A stretch of DNA of 64,000 nucleotides from Candidatus Bathyarchaeota archaeon (GTDB lineage Archaea; Thermoproteota; Bathyarchaeia; Bathyarchaeales; Bathycorpusculaceae), in assembly GCA_963695285.1 (NCBI GenBank), contig OY968763.1, positions 950,859 through 1,014,858 on the forward strand, read 5' to 3'. The notes under the pieces were generated by a model. It saw only the letters and a program-made list of their open reading frames with translations. It was not told where the DNA came from and made no database searches. A program made the translations under genes and the position numbers. This document shows, one piece after another, positions 1 through 10,066 of this stretch. Numbering within the stretch: position 1 is the first letter of the stretch; every line of letters starts with the position of its first letter.

Positions 1-1
1 C

Positions 2-877
2 ACTGAACTTTTAAGCGAGAAACTACAGGAACGCCTACGCAAACTGAACGTGGTTTTGATTCCGCATGGCTCATTCACCGCTTACCTGAGCACTGAAGAG
101 TTAACTGACAGCCTAATGGTGCCCATGTTTGGGAATCGCCAGCTGCTCCATTGGGAAGCTAACCGCAAATCCCAAGAGGAATGGCTACGCCAAGCCGGAC
201 TCCGACTGCCCGCTACCTTCAAGTCACCTGACGACATCGACCGATTAATCATCGCTAAACTCCAAGGCGCCAAAGGCGGCAGAGGCTATTTCCTTGCCAA
301 CTCACCGAAGAACTTCCACAAACAATTCAACGAAATGGTCAAACGCGGCATGCTAACGCAAGATGATTTATCAAGCATCCACTTGCAAGAGTACGCACTA
401 GGCGTAAACGTTTACCCAAGCTATTTCAGCTCCATAATAAATGACGATGTGGAGATGCTCTGTGTTGACAGACGCTACGAATCAGCCGTGGATTCCATAG
501 GTAAAATCCCTGCAAGCCAACAGCTGGAAATCGACATAAATCCCACATACACGGTCGTCGGTAACTTCCCCATTGTTCTCCGCGAATCCCTATTGCCTGA
601 AATCATGCGCATGGGCGAAAACGTCCACAAGAAAGCACGCGAACTCGCGCCGCCAGGAATCATCGGACCTTTCTGCCTTGAAACCGTCATAACTGACGAC
701 CTTAAAATCTTCACCTTCGAAATCTCCGCCCGCATAGTCGCAGGCACAAACGTTGGCATCGGCACATCACCCTACGCTTACCTGAAGTACGGCGAGAACA
801 TGTACATGGGCAGACGAATAGCCATGGAGTTCAAAGAGGCAATCAAGCAAAAAAGACTGCAAGACATCGTAGCCTAA
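2..877 (+). CDS. purP: 5-formaminoimidazole-4-carboxamide ribonucleotide synthetase (PurP family, ATP-grasp); 5' end lies outside window
   Basis: Motifs IPHGSF, GAKGGRGYF, DRRYES, GPFCLE, FEISARIVAGTN; frame is open from the window start. Confidence 0.9.
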   Translation, partial: TELLSEKLQERLRKLNVVLIPHGSFTAYLSTEELTDSLMVPMFGNRQLLHWEANRKSQEEWLRQAGLRLPATFKSPDDIDRLIIAKLQGAKGGRGYFLANSPKNFHKQFNEMVKRGMLTQDDLSSIHLQEYALGVNVYPSYFSSIINDDVEMLCVDRRYESAVDSIGKIPASQQLEIDINPTYTVVGNFPIVLRESLLPEIMRMGENVHKKARELAPPGIIGPFCLETVITDDLKIFTFEISARIVAGTNVGIGTSPYAYLKYGENMYMGRRIAMEFKEAIKQKRLQDIVA

Positions 878-880
878 AAC

Positions 881-1644
881 TTATGAAAGGCACATCTCAA
901 GCAAGCCTTCAAAATTTCCTCTGTTTTGGTTCTTTTTAAAATTTTTTAAAGCAGCAATTAGGTTCAACCTGTTTTTCTTGCCGAATACCTCATCCAGCAT
1001 CTTTGCTGCCCTGCTGTTTCCCATAAAAAGAAACTGGCAAACCGATGTAACATTAATTACTTTTCGCACCACGCTTGCGGTTTCAAAGTCAACAATAAAC
1101 GGCTTATCCTCCTTATCCACAAGCAAGTGTTTAGGTGCCTTGCTGAGTTCTCCATGGTCCAAGCCTGCTTCGTCCAGGTGCCAACACTGCTCCAGAATGT
1201 CAACCAAAACCTTGCGGATAAGCACTTTATCCCTGTTGAGTTTCGAGCCAATCCTCAAGTAAATCGCCGTCAATAAGTTGGGAAAAAAGAAAATTGGTAC
1301 TTACGGCAATAAACTTGGGACCGACCCCGATTGCGTTGGCTTTCTGAAGCATCTTGGCTTCATGATTGAAAATCTAGGCGGTCAGCGTCTATTCGGCGCA
1401 TTTTCAACGCCACCTTTTGCCCATTCACATAAGCAAGCACCACAACGCCGACGTAGCCTTTGCCCAGAACAGGAATGTTGGAAGCATTGGTTTTTCCACT
1501 GAACTCAAGGGCTTCAACCCCAAGCTGTTGGAGTTCCTCTATCCGCCTTTGCATTTCGGCAGGGTTTGATCTGGGATAACATACCACTGACGCGTAAGGC
1601 TCCTCGTCAAGGTTTTCCACGGACACAACGGCTGGCGGCTTCAC
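881..1644 (-). CDS. Ser/Thr protein kinase-like protein (RIO/Bud32-like), split by a frameshift
   Basis: LGKGYVGVV...VALK in 1360..1644 and HGEL...IVDFETAS in 881..1273. Confidence 0.7.
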
Positions 1645-1736
1645 TGCTAGTCCTCTTAATAGCTATTGCAACGGGGTTAGTTAATTAAAGCTTAAGTGGA
1701 GTTTTTGTAAAGTAGTCGGGTGCGAGGAGGAGAGAT

Positions 1737-3329
1737 TTGAAGTTACCTGCATTGATTCGATTTAGGCTTGGCAAATGGCAGCTTGTCGTCGTTGTGTTTG
1801 CGTTAGCTTACGCTTTTCTGGTCACCCTAAACTTGGGCTACATTCCGCTGCAGTGGGATGAAGTAAACCACTTCAACGGCGCCATCCTACTCGGCAGGGG
1901 ACAAATCTGGCAGTACGCCGCTATAAACTCGTTCTATCCGCCCCTGTACAACCTGGTGACCGCTGCCTACTTTGCGTTGGCAGGTGCAAGCGTACTGACG
2001 GGCAGGCTTGTGACGGTAACGTTTTCGGTTCTTTCCATATTCATTATCTACAAGATTGCCAAGGAAATGTATGGCGAAAAAACCGCTGTGGTCTCCGCGG
2101 TGTTGTTTGGGGTGATGCCGGGAATCGTTTGGCTCTCGGGTTTGGCTTTGATTGAAATGATGCTTCTGTTCGTTTTCTGCGTGTCTATGCTGTTCTTTTT
2201 TAGGTGGCTGCAAACTGACCGAAAACTGGACTTAACATTCAGTCTTGTTGCGTTGGCAATAGGAATAGTTGTAAAGTATCAAATTATTGTTGTAGTACCA
2301 ATTATTATGATTGTTAGTCTGCTTGTTTTTGGGAAAAGCAAGTTCTTTAAGACTCAAACGGCAGAGTTCATACATTCAAAGCGGTTGTGGCTTGGTGTTT
2401 TGTTGATTGCTCTCGCCGCAATTCTGCTGTACGCTTTCTACGCCTCGGGACTGCTGAGCGTATGGCTATACGCTATCCAAGTTGGCAATTCGGGTCAATC
2501 ATGGTACAGCAACCGCTTCTCCGCCCCAATATTCTACCTGCTCGAAATGACGGTGCCATACAACGACAAGCATCCAGTTTCGCTGTTGCTCTACGGGTTG
2601 GGGCTCGCAGGTTTAGCTTTCTTGGCGTACAGGCGGAAGCCTCAGGACAAGTTTTTGTTCGTCTGGTTCATAATTATCTACGTCGTTTTCACTCTAATTC
2701 CCAACAGACAATGGCGCTACGTTACACCTCTGTTTCCTGTGTTGGCGATTTCTGCCACTGCATTAGCGGCGTCAGTTATCGGTTATGCACAGAAAACTTG
2801 GCAATCAGCAAAAAGTAGCTCCACCAAAAAGCGCCTTGCGCAGTTTTCAGCGGCAATCCTGGTTCTCTTCATTGCAACAGGCATTTTCTACAGCTCTGCG
2901 GATGCTTACACTTGGTCGGCGCAGGGTCAACCGCAGATTCCCATCGCGCAAGCCACTGCATACGTCGCGTCCGCAACACAGGCAAACCAATTGGTTTTAG
3001 TCCTCTGCGCGCACAACTTCTTCAACCGAGACATGGTTTGGTTCTACCTAAACAGCAAAAGTGCAAGCCAAACACAGGTTTACCAGTATCCAGCGTTGGC
3101 TGCGGATGCTTACTCGCCTGAATTTAACATAGATGAACTGGTTAATTTCTGCCAGACCAACGGCACAGGATACGTCATGCTCTACGAATACGGGGGAACT
3201 ATACAGTACTTTGACAGCAACTTAACCGAACAAGCAGTCTATGGCATGTTAAACAGTACGGGCAGATTCGCACTGCAAGCAACCTTTGGCGAGGCGCCGC
3301 AGCGAATCTTCGTATTGTCCTTCAAATAA
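1737..3329 (+). CDS. GT-C fold membrane glycosyltransferase (PMT/ArnT-like, family 39/83)
   Basis: Many TM helices; WDE early-loop motif, YPPLY, RYVTPLFP. Confidence 0.8.
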   Translation: MKLPALIRFRLGKWQLVVVVFALAYAFLVTLNLGYIPLQWDEVNHFNGAILLGRGQIWQYAAINSFYPPLYNLVTAAYFALAGASVLTGRLVTVTFSVLSIFIIYKIAKEMYGEKTAVVSAVLFGVMPGIVWLSGLALIEMMLLFVFCVSMLFFFRWLQTDRKLDLTFSLVALAIGIVVKYQIIVVVPIIMIVSLLVFGKSKFFKTQTAEFIHSKRLWLGVLLIALAAILLYAFYASGLLSVWLYAIQVGNSGQSWYSNRFSAPIFYLLEMTVPYNDKHPVSLLLYGLGLAGLAFLAYRRKPQDKFLFVWFIIIYVVFTLIPNRQWRYVTPLFPVLAISATALAASVIGYAQKTWQSAKSSSTKKRLAQFSAAILVLFIATGIFYSSADAYTWSAQGQPQIPIAQATAYVASATQANQLVLVLCAHNFFNRDMVWFYLNSKSASQTQVYQYPALAADAYSPEFNIDELVNFCQTNGTGYVMLYEYGGTIQYFDSNLTEQAVYGMLNSTGRFALQATFGEAPQRIFVLSFK

Positions 3330-3376
3330 CATAAAAAAGATAATATGCACATAAGAGCATTCATATCGGGTTACCT

Positions 3377-5497
3377 ATGCCGCGGTTTAAACAAATCCTC
3401 GAAATTCAACAGTTGATGAACAGAAAAGAGCTCATCAGAAACATAGGCATCATTGCGCACATCGACCACGGCAAAACAACGCTTGCTGACTCGTTGCTGG
3501 CTGGGGCGGGTTTGTTGTCGCCGCGGATGGCTGGCATGGCACGGGTTCTTGATTATCTTGAAGAAGAGCAGAAACGCAAAATCACCATAAAAACAGCCAA
3601 CATCAGCCTACTCTACAAAACCGCAGGACACCCCTACATTATAAACCTCGTTGATACGCCGGGGCACGTGGATTTCACAGGCAAAGTCACCAGAGCCCTA
3701 CGTGTCATCGACGGCGCCGTAGTTGTGGTGGATGCAGTCGAGGAAATTATGGCGCAAACCGAAATCGTCACACGGCAAGCCCTCGAAGAACGCGTGCGCC
3801 CAGTGCTATTCATCAACAAAATCGATAAACTAATCATCGAGCTGCAGCTAAACGAGGAACAAATCCAAAAAAAACTCGACCAAATAATCAACCGATTCAA
3901 CGACCTTATCGAAACCTACGCAGAATTTCCTTTCAAAAACCAATGGAAAATCGGCGTCTCAATGGGTAACGTGGCTTTTGGTTCAGCTCTGCATGGTTGG
4001 GGCTTCACTATGAACATGGCAAAGCAGCATGGGATAAAGTTTTCAGATATAACCAAAGCGTACGCTAATGGTCAGCAGGCGAAACTGCAAACGACCTTGC
4101 CGGTTTACGAGGCAGTTTTTGAGATGGCAATCAATGTGGTTCCGAATCCGCGGCAGGCGCAAGCTTACAGGATTGAGAAGGTTTGGGCTGGCCAAATCAA
4201 CTCCAAGATCGGCAAATCATTAGTTGAATGCCAAGATGACGCGCCAACAATCATGTACGTAACCAACGTGCACTCCGACCCAAACGGCGACACCATCGCC
4301 ACTGGACGAGTCTTCTCTGGCAAAGCCCAGAAGGGTGATAAGTTGCACCTTGTTGATGCCCTATCTGAAACCGAAGTTAAAGAAGTGTCCATCGATATGG
4401 GTTCGCTCCGAGAAGAAGTCAGCGAGATTTCCGCTGGCAGTTTAGCCTCTTTTACCTTGACTGGAATTGTTAAGGCTGGCGAAACGCTGGTTGACTTGGC
4501 ACATAAAGATGGCATGGTACCCTTCGAGGGCATATGCTACGTTTCCGAGCCTGTTGTAACTTTAGCGGTTGAACCTAAAACCCCCCAAGACATTCCTTTA
4601 TTGCTTGATGCGCTTGAGAAGCTTGCCAGTGAAGATCCAAACCTTAAGGTAAGGGCGGATAAGCAGACGGGTGAGTACCTGCTCAGCGGTATGGGTGAGT
4701 TGCATTTGGAAATAGCCATCCACCAACTAAAAAGCAACGGCATTGACGTAACGGTTTCTTCACCCCGCGTTGTTTACATGGAGAGCGCGCAGAAAAAAGG
4801 CGTGGTTGCTTTGGCGAAAAGCCCCAATAAGCTGGATAGTTTTTGGGTGCAGGTTATGCCTGAAGCTGAAGAAGCTAACGCGTCAGTTGAAGAGGAGTCG
4901 GGCAGTGTTATCTCTGTCGATGAGCATCGGAACGTGCTTTTGGATTGCAGCGGAAAAACCGAGCAGGTTTCTGAACAGGAGTTGGAAGCGATTATTGCAG
5001 GTTTCGAGTACGCTTGCAGAGCTGGTCCACTCTGCGGTGAACCCGTGCGGCATCTGCGAGTTAACTTGGTTGATTTACAATTAAGCCAAAGCAGCGATGC
5101 CGATTCAGAAATTATGCATGGCGTAGGCAAAGCACTCTTCGGCAGCTTCCTAACCGCTGACCCAGTGCTCCTCGAACCCATTTACAAAATAATCATATCA
5201 GTCGCCACCGAACTTGCAGGCGAATCCTCAAGAATCCTCAGCACCAGACATGGAAAAGTCACTTTGTTTGAGCAAAAAGGACTCATAACCGTCATCAGCG
5301 GCTTTATTCCCGTCTGTGAAACCTTCGGCTTCTCAAAAGAACTCCGATCCGCAACTTCTGGCAGGGCATTTTGGCAAACATTCTTTGATCATTGGGAAAG
5401 GATGCCTCAAAAACAAGCTTCTGAGGTTATTGCCGATTTGCGGCAGAGGAAAGGCCTTGCGCCTGAGGTGCCTAAACCGGAGAAGTTTATGGAGTAG
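3377..5497 (+). CDS. Elongation factor 2 paralog (aEF-2p-like) lacking the diphthamide motif
   Basis: AHIDHGKTT, DTPGHVDF and NKID present; switch I reads RKITI rather than RGITI; domain IV has no HRG diphthamide loop. Confidence 0.8.
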   Translation: MPRFKQILEIQQLMNRKELIRNIGIIAHIDHGKTTLADSLLAGAGLLSPRMAGMARVLDYLEEEQKRKITIKTANISLLYKTAGHPYIINLVDTPGHVDFTGKVTRALRVIDGAVVVVDAVEEIMAQTEIVTRQALEERVRPVLFINKIDKLIIELQLNEEQIQKKLDQIINRFNDLIETYAEFPFKNQWKIGVSMGNVAFGSALHGWGFTMNMAKQHGIKFSDITKAYANGQQAKLQTTLPVYEAVFEMAINVVPNPRQAQAYRIEKVWAGQINSKIGKSLVECQDDAPTIMYVTNVHSDPNGDTIATGRVFSGKAQKGDKLHLVDALSETEVKEVSIDMGSLREEVSEISAGSLASFTLTGIVKAGETLVDLAHKDGMVPFEGICYVSEPVVTLAVEPKTPQDIPLLLDALEKLASEDPNLKVRADKQTGEYLLSGMGELHLEIAIHQLKSNGIDVTVSSPRVVYMESAQKKGVVALAKSPNKLDSFWVQVMPEAEEANASVEEESGSVISVDEHRNVLLDCSGKTEQVSEQELEAIIAGFEYACRAGPLCGEPVRHLRVNLVDLQLSQSSDADSEIMHGVGKALFGSFLTADPVLLEPIYKIIISVATELAGESSRILSTRHGKVTLFEQKGLITVISGFIPVCETFGFSKELRSATSGRAFWQTFFDHWERMPQKQASEVIADLRQRKGLAPEVPKPEKFME

Positions 5498-6363
5498 TGC
5501 AGATGAGGCTTGATGTTGCGTTTGATTTGGATTTTTCGCTTTGTTGCGGGCAGGTGTTTAGGTGGCGGAAGATTAATGGTTGGTGGTATGGCGTTGTTGG
5601 CGAAAACGTAGTTAAGGTTTGCCAGTGCGGTGCGGAATTACAGTTTGAGAACGTCAACAAAGAATTTGTCCAAACGTATTTTGGTTTAAACGACGATTTA
5701 ACCCAAATCAGCCAATGCATCGGCAAGGACGATTACATTCGGAAAGCATTGCACAGGTTTGAGGGATTGCGAATTGTTCGGCAGGTGCCATGGGAATGCC
5801 TCATCAGCTTCATCTGTGCAACCTACAAGAGCATAGCCGCCATTGAATTGATGCTGAAAAAACTCTCCATAAAATTTGGAGAAAAACAAGTTTTCGACGG
5901 CATGGACTTTTACACTTTCCCAACTGTGAAGCGGTTGGCTAATGCGAGCGAGAATGGGTTGCGGGAGTGCGGTTTAGGTTACAGAGCAAAATACGTGCAG
6001 ACGACAGCTAAAAAAATCCAGGACGAAAACATAAACCTTGAAGGCTTAAAGAATTTGTCCTATCTGGAATCCAGAAAAAAGCTCTTGGAGTTCTCTGGGG
6101 TCGGTTTGAAAGTGGCTGATTGCGTGCTGCTGTTTTCAATAAGGAAACTGGAGGCTTTTCCCGTGGATGTTTGGGTTAAACGCGTTATCCTAAACCACTA
6201 CGCAGACCAGTTACCCGAACCCTTCGTGAAAAAACTGCAAAGCCACACCTCCTTAACCAACAGCGAATACCAGAAAATCGGAGACTTCGCCCGAACCTAC
6301 TTCGGAGCCTACGCCGGCTACGCCCAAGAATACCTCTACCATTACGAGCGAACACAACGTTAA
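5497..6363 (+). CDS. ogg1: 8-oxoguanine DNA glycosylase (Ogg1-type, HhH-GPD)
   Basis: CGQVFRW, WECLISFIC, GLGYRAKY, GVGLKVADC, FPVDVW, AGYAQEYLY. Confidence 0.88.
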   Translation: MQMRLDVAFDLDFSLCCGQVFRWRKINGWWYGVVGENVVKVCQCGAELQFENVNKEFVQTYFGLNDDLTQISQCIGKDDYIRKALHRFEGLRIVRQVPWECLISFICATYKSIAAIELMLKKLSIKFGEKQVFDGMDFYTFPTVKRLANASENGLRECGLGYRAKYVQTTAKKIQDENINLEGLKNLSYLESRKKLLEFSGVGLKVADCVLLFSIRKLEAFPVDVWVKRVILNHYADQLPEPFVKKLQSHTSLTNSEYQKIGDFARTYFGAYAGYAQEYLYHYERTQR

Positions 6364-6399
6364 AATGGCGACAAACAGCATTTGCCTACTGGTGCGCAT

Positions 6400-6654
6400 A
6401 TGAGTGAGGGCAAAATTGAAGAATTAATCAATCACAAAAGAGTTTTCCTAAGACAAACCACGAAAGATTATTCTGCAGGCGGCAACGACATGCTCGACGA
6501 CGTCGACGCTTTGTTGAAAGAGGCAAAGGCAGAAATCACCCATAACTTGGAACTTGCTAATTGCCTCCGCAAAGACGAAGGCGAACAAGCATGGCAAAAA
6601 GACTGCTTATCCATGTTTAACGCATGGTACGAGAAATGGTTTGGTACACCCTAA
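6400..6654 (+). CDS. Hypothetical protein
   Basis: Open frame with ATG at 6400; ends WYEKWFG; no recognised motif. Confidence 0.5.
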   Translation: MSEGKIEELINHKRVFLRQTTKDYSAGGNDMLDDVDALLKEAKAEITHNLELANCLRKDEGEQAWQKDCLSMFNAWYEKWFGTP

Positions 6655-6737
6655 CCCTTGACCGTTTAGTTGCTTAACGGCGAGCGGAAAATGTTTAAAT
6701 CTGTTTTGAAACAGCAGTATTAAGAGTGCATCTGTTT

Positions 6738-6814
6738 GGGCCCGTAGCTCAGATCGGTAGAGCGCCAGACTCATAATCTGTTGGTCAGGTGTTCAAATCA
6801 CCTCGGGCCCACCA
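6738..6814 (+). tRNA. tRNA with CAT anticodon, probably tRNA-Ile2 (agmatidine-modified), otherwise elongator Met; CCA encoded
   Basis: GGGCCCG/CGGGCCC acceptor stem, D arm GCTC/GAGC, anticodon loop CTCATAA, T loop GTTCAAAT; GGGCCC start is typical of archaeal Ile tRNAs. Confidence 0.92.
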
Positions 6815-6923
6815 TATTCATCATGCTCAAACAAAAAAATGTTGGCTCGCGCTCTTAGCAGCTTTCTTTAGTAGTTGCACCTTGTAATCACAAATATTAA
6901 AAAACAGAGCATCCGTAACTATT

Positions 6924-7232
6924 TTGGTGATCGATTTGTTGTTTTTGGTGACTTTGGTTCATCCTCCAGAATTGTGTTTTGCAAAAAAAGAGTATAACGA
7001 AGAAGGCAAACAATGGTTCGCTAACATGAAAACTTCCGCTGAACAGCAGGGGATAAAACTGCAGGGAGCTTGGGTTTGCCCAATTGAGCATGTTTTCTAC
7101 ATTATGCTGGAATCCAACGATTTCAAAGCGGTATCGGGCTTTCTAAGTCCACCCATATTGACGCACCACAACGGAAAAATCTCTCCACTAATCACAGTAG
7201 AAGAAGCCTTTGAAACGGTAAAACCACACTGA
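6924..7232 (+). CDS. Small ferredoxin-like-fold protein (DUF3303/GYD-like)
   Basis: HPPELC, GAWV...EHVFYIMLES pattern. Confidence 0.5.
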   Translation: MVIDLLFLVTLVHPPELCFAKKEYNEEGKQWFANMKTSAEQQGIKLQGAWVCPIEHVFYIMLESNDFKAVSGFLSPPILTHHNGKISPLITVEEAFETVKPH

Positions 7233-7369
7233 TTTCGCGCCTCAACATAACATAATATTTGCTCTGTTTCCTTGTAATAGTTTACTTTTTGCGGTATCTT
7301 TCGATGCGATAAGTTATATATCCAGTTCTTGATTCCTTATTTTGGGCAAACAGGCATTCGGCGATTCGG

Positions 7370-8292
7370 ATGATTGACACTGAAAACCTCACAAAAAAAT
7401 TCGGGGACCTAACAGCTGTAGACAACCTCACTCTTCACGTGGATGATGGCGAGGTTTTCGGTTTTCTTGGACCAAACGGTGCAGGAAAAACCACCACTGT
7501 CGGATGCTTTGTTGCCTAATATCAAAGACAAGTGGAAGCGCCAGAGTAGGCGGGTATGAAATAGGTAACAAGGAAGATTCTTTGAAAATCCGCAAAATCA
7601 TCGGATTGGTTCCTGATAATGTTGGGTTATCTGAACATTTAACCGCTTATGATAACTTCGACTTTTACGGAAAAATATACGATTGCTCGGATGCTCAAAG
7701 GAAAGAGAACATATAAACGTTTCCTTGAGATGTTGGGGCTTTGGGATAAGAGAAACGTGTTAGCAGGAACCTTTTCTAAGGGAATGAAGCAAAAACTCGC
7801 CATCGCGCGTGCTCTAATTCATGACCCAGAAATCCTTTTTATGGATGAACCAACCGCAAATCTTGACCCAGAATCGGCGAAAACAGTTAGGGATTTATTC
7901 TTGAATTGAAAAAGCAGAAGAAAACAATTTTCTTAAACACCCACAACCTCGATGAGGCCCAGAGGATATGCGATAAAATAGCAATTCTGAACACGAAGCT
8001 TCGGGCAATAGGTACTCCTGATGAACTTGAACGATCTGTTATGGCAGAAGCACAGTTATCACATTGGAACAGCAAGTCAACGATGCGGTTTTAAAGCTCT
8101 TTAAAGAAGTTGTCGCTTAGAAACCTCACTGTTGACGGCAACAAGATAACGTTTGATGTGGTGGATCCTGATAAAGAGAATTCGCCAGTTGTAGAAGCCC
8201 TCGTGCTGGCTGGCGGTCACGTGCGAGCCATTAACGTTGTGGGTTCGACTTTGGAAGATACCTATTTGAAGCTTGTGAGGGAGTCTGCATGA
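7370..8292 (+). CDS. ABC transporter ATP-binding protein, multiply frameshifted
   Basis: ATG at 7370; [23 protein letters not shown] and NTHNLDEA lie in successive frames. Confidence 0.85.
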
Positions 8293-9029
8293 GATTATCA
8301 AAAGCATGGCTTGTTGCCTCAAGAGATTTTAAAATATTTAAGCGTCAAAAAAATATTTGGTACTCAATCATCGTTTTTCCCATTATAATTTCAGTTCTCT
8401 TTCCAGCCATACTAGAGTTTGCTGGACAACGAAACGCCGGGCTCCTCACAACTGCAAATCTTCCAAACCTATTAAATTCATTTTCATTCTTCATTGTCAT
8501 TGGAGCGGCGTACATTCCATTAGGAATTGCTTCTTATAGCATAGTCGGCGAAAAAATCGAGAAGAGTTTAGAACCGCTCCTCGCTACTCCTCTTACTGAC
8601 GGAGAGATTTTGCTTGGAAAAGCAATTGCTGCACTGTTGCCAACTTTAGCTGCAATGTATGCTGGAGCGACAGTTTTTATGGTTGGCGTTGATGCAGTGA
8701 CTTTCGGGAAGCTTGGCTATAATTATTTTCCAAATTGGACATTTGGCGTTTTGCTGCTGGTCCTAGTTCCCGTCGCTGTTGTTATGAGCGTGCTATACAG
8801 CGTTATTGTCTCATCGAGAGTTAACGACGTACGCAGCGCTAATAGTTTTGGGATATTTATTTTCTTGCCATTTTTAGCAATTTATTTAGCTAGCGAAATA
8901 CGCATAATAAGTCTAGACATAAACGGGATTCTCATAATCGCAGGTATCCTTTCCGCGATTGATATCGCTCTTTATTTCGTAAGTACAGCGGCTTTTCAAC
9001 GAGAGGAAATACTAACAAAGTGGAAGTAG
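8289..9029 (+). CDS. ABC-2 type permease
   Basis: About 6 TM helices; GEK..SLEPLLATPL...GK motif; overlaps ATPase stop (ATGA). Confidence 0.85.
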   Translation: MRLSKAWLVASRDFKIFKRQKNIWYSIIVFPIIISVLFPAILEFAGQRNAGLLTTANLPNLLNSFSFFIVIGAAYIPLGIASYSIVGEKIEKSLEPLLATPLTDGEILLGKAIAALLPTLAAMYAGATVFMVGVDAVTFGKLGYNYFPNWTFGVLLLVLVPVAVVMSVLYSVIVSSRVNDVRSANSFGIFIFLPFLAIYLASEIRIISLDINGILIIAGILSAIDIALYFVSTAAFQREEILTKWK

Positions 9030-9054
9030 CAAAGTTGGAAGCGCCGAGGAGGAG

Positions 9055-9273
9055 GTGGGAAAAGTGGTGGACATGAAAGATTATTATCAAACAAACAAAG
9101 GGCGACTCCTTGGAATTGGGGGAATATTAATTGTTGTGGGTCTTGTCCTCTATTTTGCAAGAGGCCAAGAAGTAGTGCTCGTATTACCCATCGTTGGGAT
9201 TGTTTTGTTCATTGCCGGAGTTCTTTATAAGCCTCGAAAGAAAGCAGATAGCGCCCTTAAGGTGACTGAATAG
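9055..9273 (+). CDS. Small two-TM membrane protein
   Basis: Two hydrophobic helices and a basic tail; GGAGG upstream. Confidence 0.55.
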   Translation: MGKVVDMKDYYQTNKGRLLGIGGILIVVGLVLYFARGQEVVLVLPIVGIVLFIAGVLYKPRKKADSALKVTE

Positions 9274-9451
9274 GTTAAGCATCGGCAAAATATGTAGAGG
9301 CAGTTTAATGTTCAAAGCGCAAGCAGGAGATAGGTAAATGGGGTTTTACACAAAAAAACGAATAGCTATTCTGATTGTCGTAATCATTGTTGTAACAGCA
9401 GTATAACTCTGCTTAGACACTTCTAGTAAGAGAGCAGCGAAAACAAGAATG

Positions 9452-10018
9452 CTACTTCACGATTTCTTGGATTATCTCATTAACCGGCATTATCTTGGCG
9501 TTGTAGACGTAGTCTAGGTATTTTAGGTCCTGCTCGTGGTCTTCGTCAGTGAATGCCTCAACAGCGTCCCTTGCAACTATTATTTTGAAGCCTCTGAAAA
9601 ACGCGTCAGCAGCGGTGTGGCGGATGCACATGTTGGTGTGTAAGCCGCCGAGAACCACGGTTTTTACGCCGTTGCCTTTGTAGAGACTCCGAAGAAGCGG
9701 GTCTAATCCTGTCTCGTAGAAGCCACTGTAAGTGCGTTTTTCAACAATGTAGTCTTTGCCTTCTTCAGGCTTGAGCTCCGCGATAACCTGGGCGCCCTCG
9801 GTGCCTTTTATGGCATGGCTGCCCCATTTCCGCGTGACCTCAATGTCTTGGGGGTAATGTGCGTCGATGCTGTAGATAACTGGCACAGAGTTTTTGCGTG
9901 CAGCAACAACTAGCCGTTGCAGCGGCTCAATTATGTTGCTTACCCTGCTGGTTTTTAGTGGACCAGTAAAAAAATCGTTCTGTACATCCACAAGGATTAC
10001 TGCTGGATTGTTAATCAA
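9452..10018 (-). CDS. Isochorismatase-family cysteine hydrolase (nicotinamidase-like)
   Basis: VDVQNDF, KRTYSGF, GLHTNMCIRHTA. Confidence 0.88.
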   Translation of the reverse strand: MINNPAVILVDVQNDFFTGPLKTSRVSNIIEPLQRLVVAARKNSVPVIYSIDAHYPQDIEVTRKWGSHAIKGTEGAQVIAELKPEEGKDYIVEKRTYSGFYETGLDPLLRSLYKGNGVKTVVLGGLHTNMCIRHTAADAFFRGFKIIVARDAVEAFTDEDHEQDLKYLDYVYNAKIMPVNEIIQEIVK

Positions 10019-10066
10019 GACAGCACTCTCAACTAGAAAAAGGTGGAGCGTCTATTTAGTTTTATC

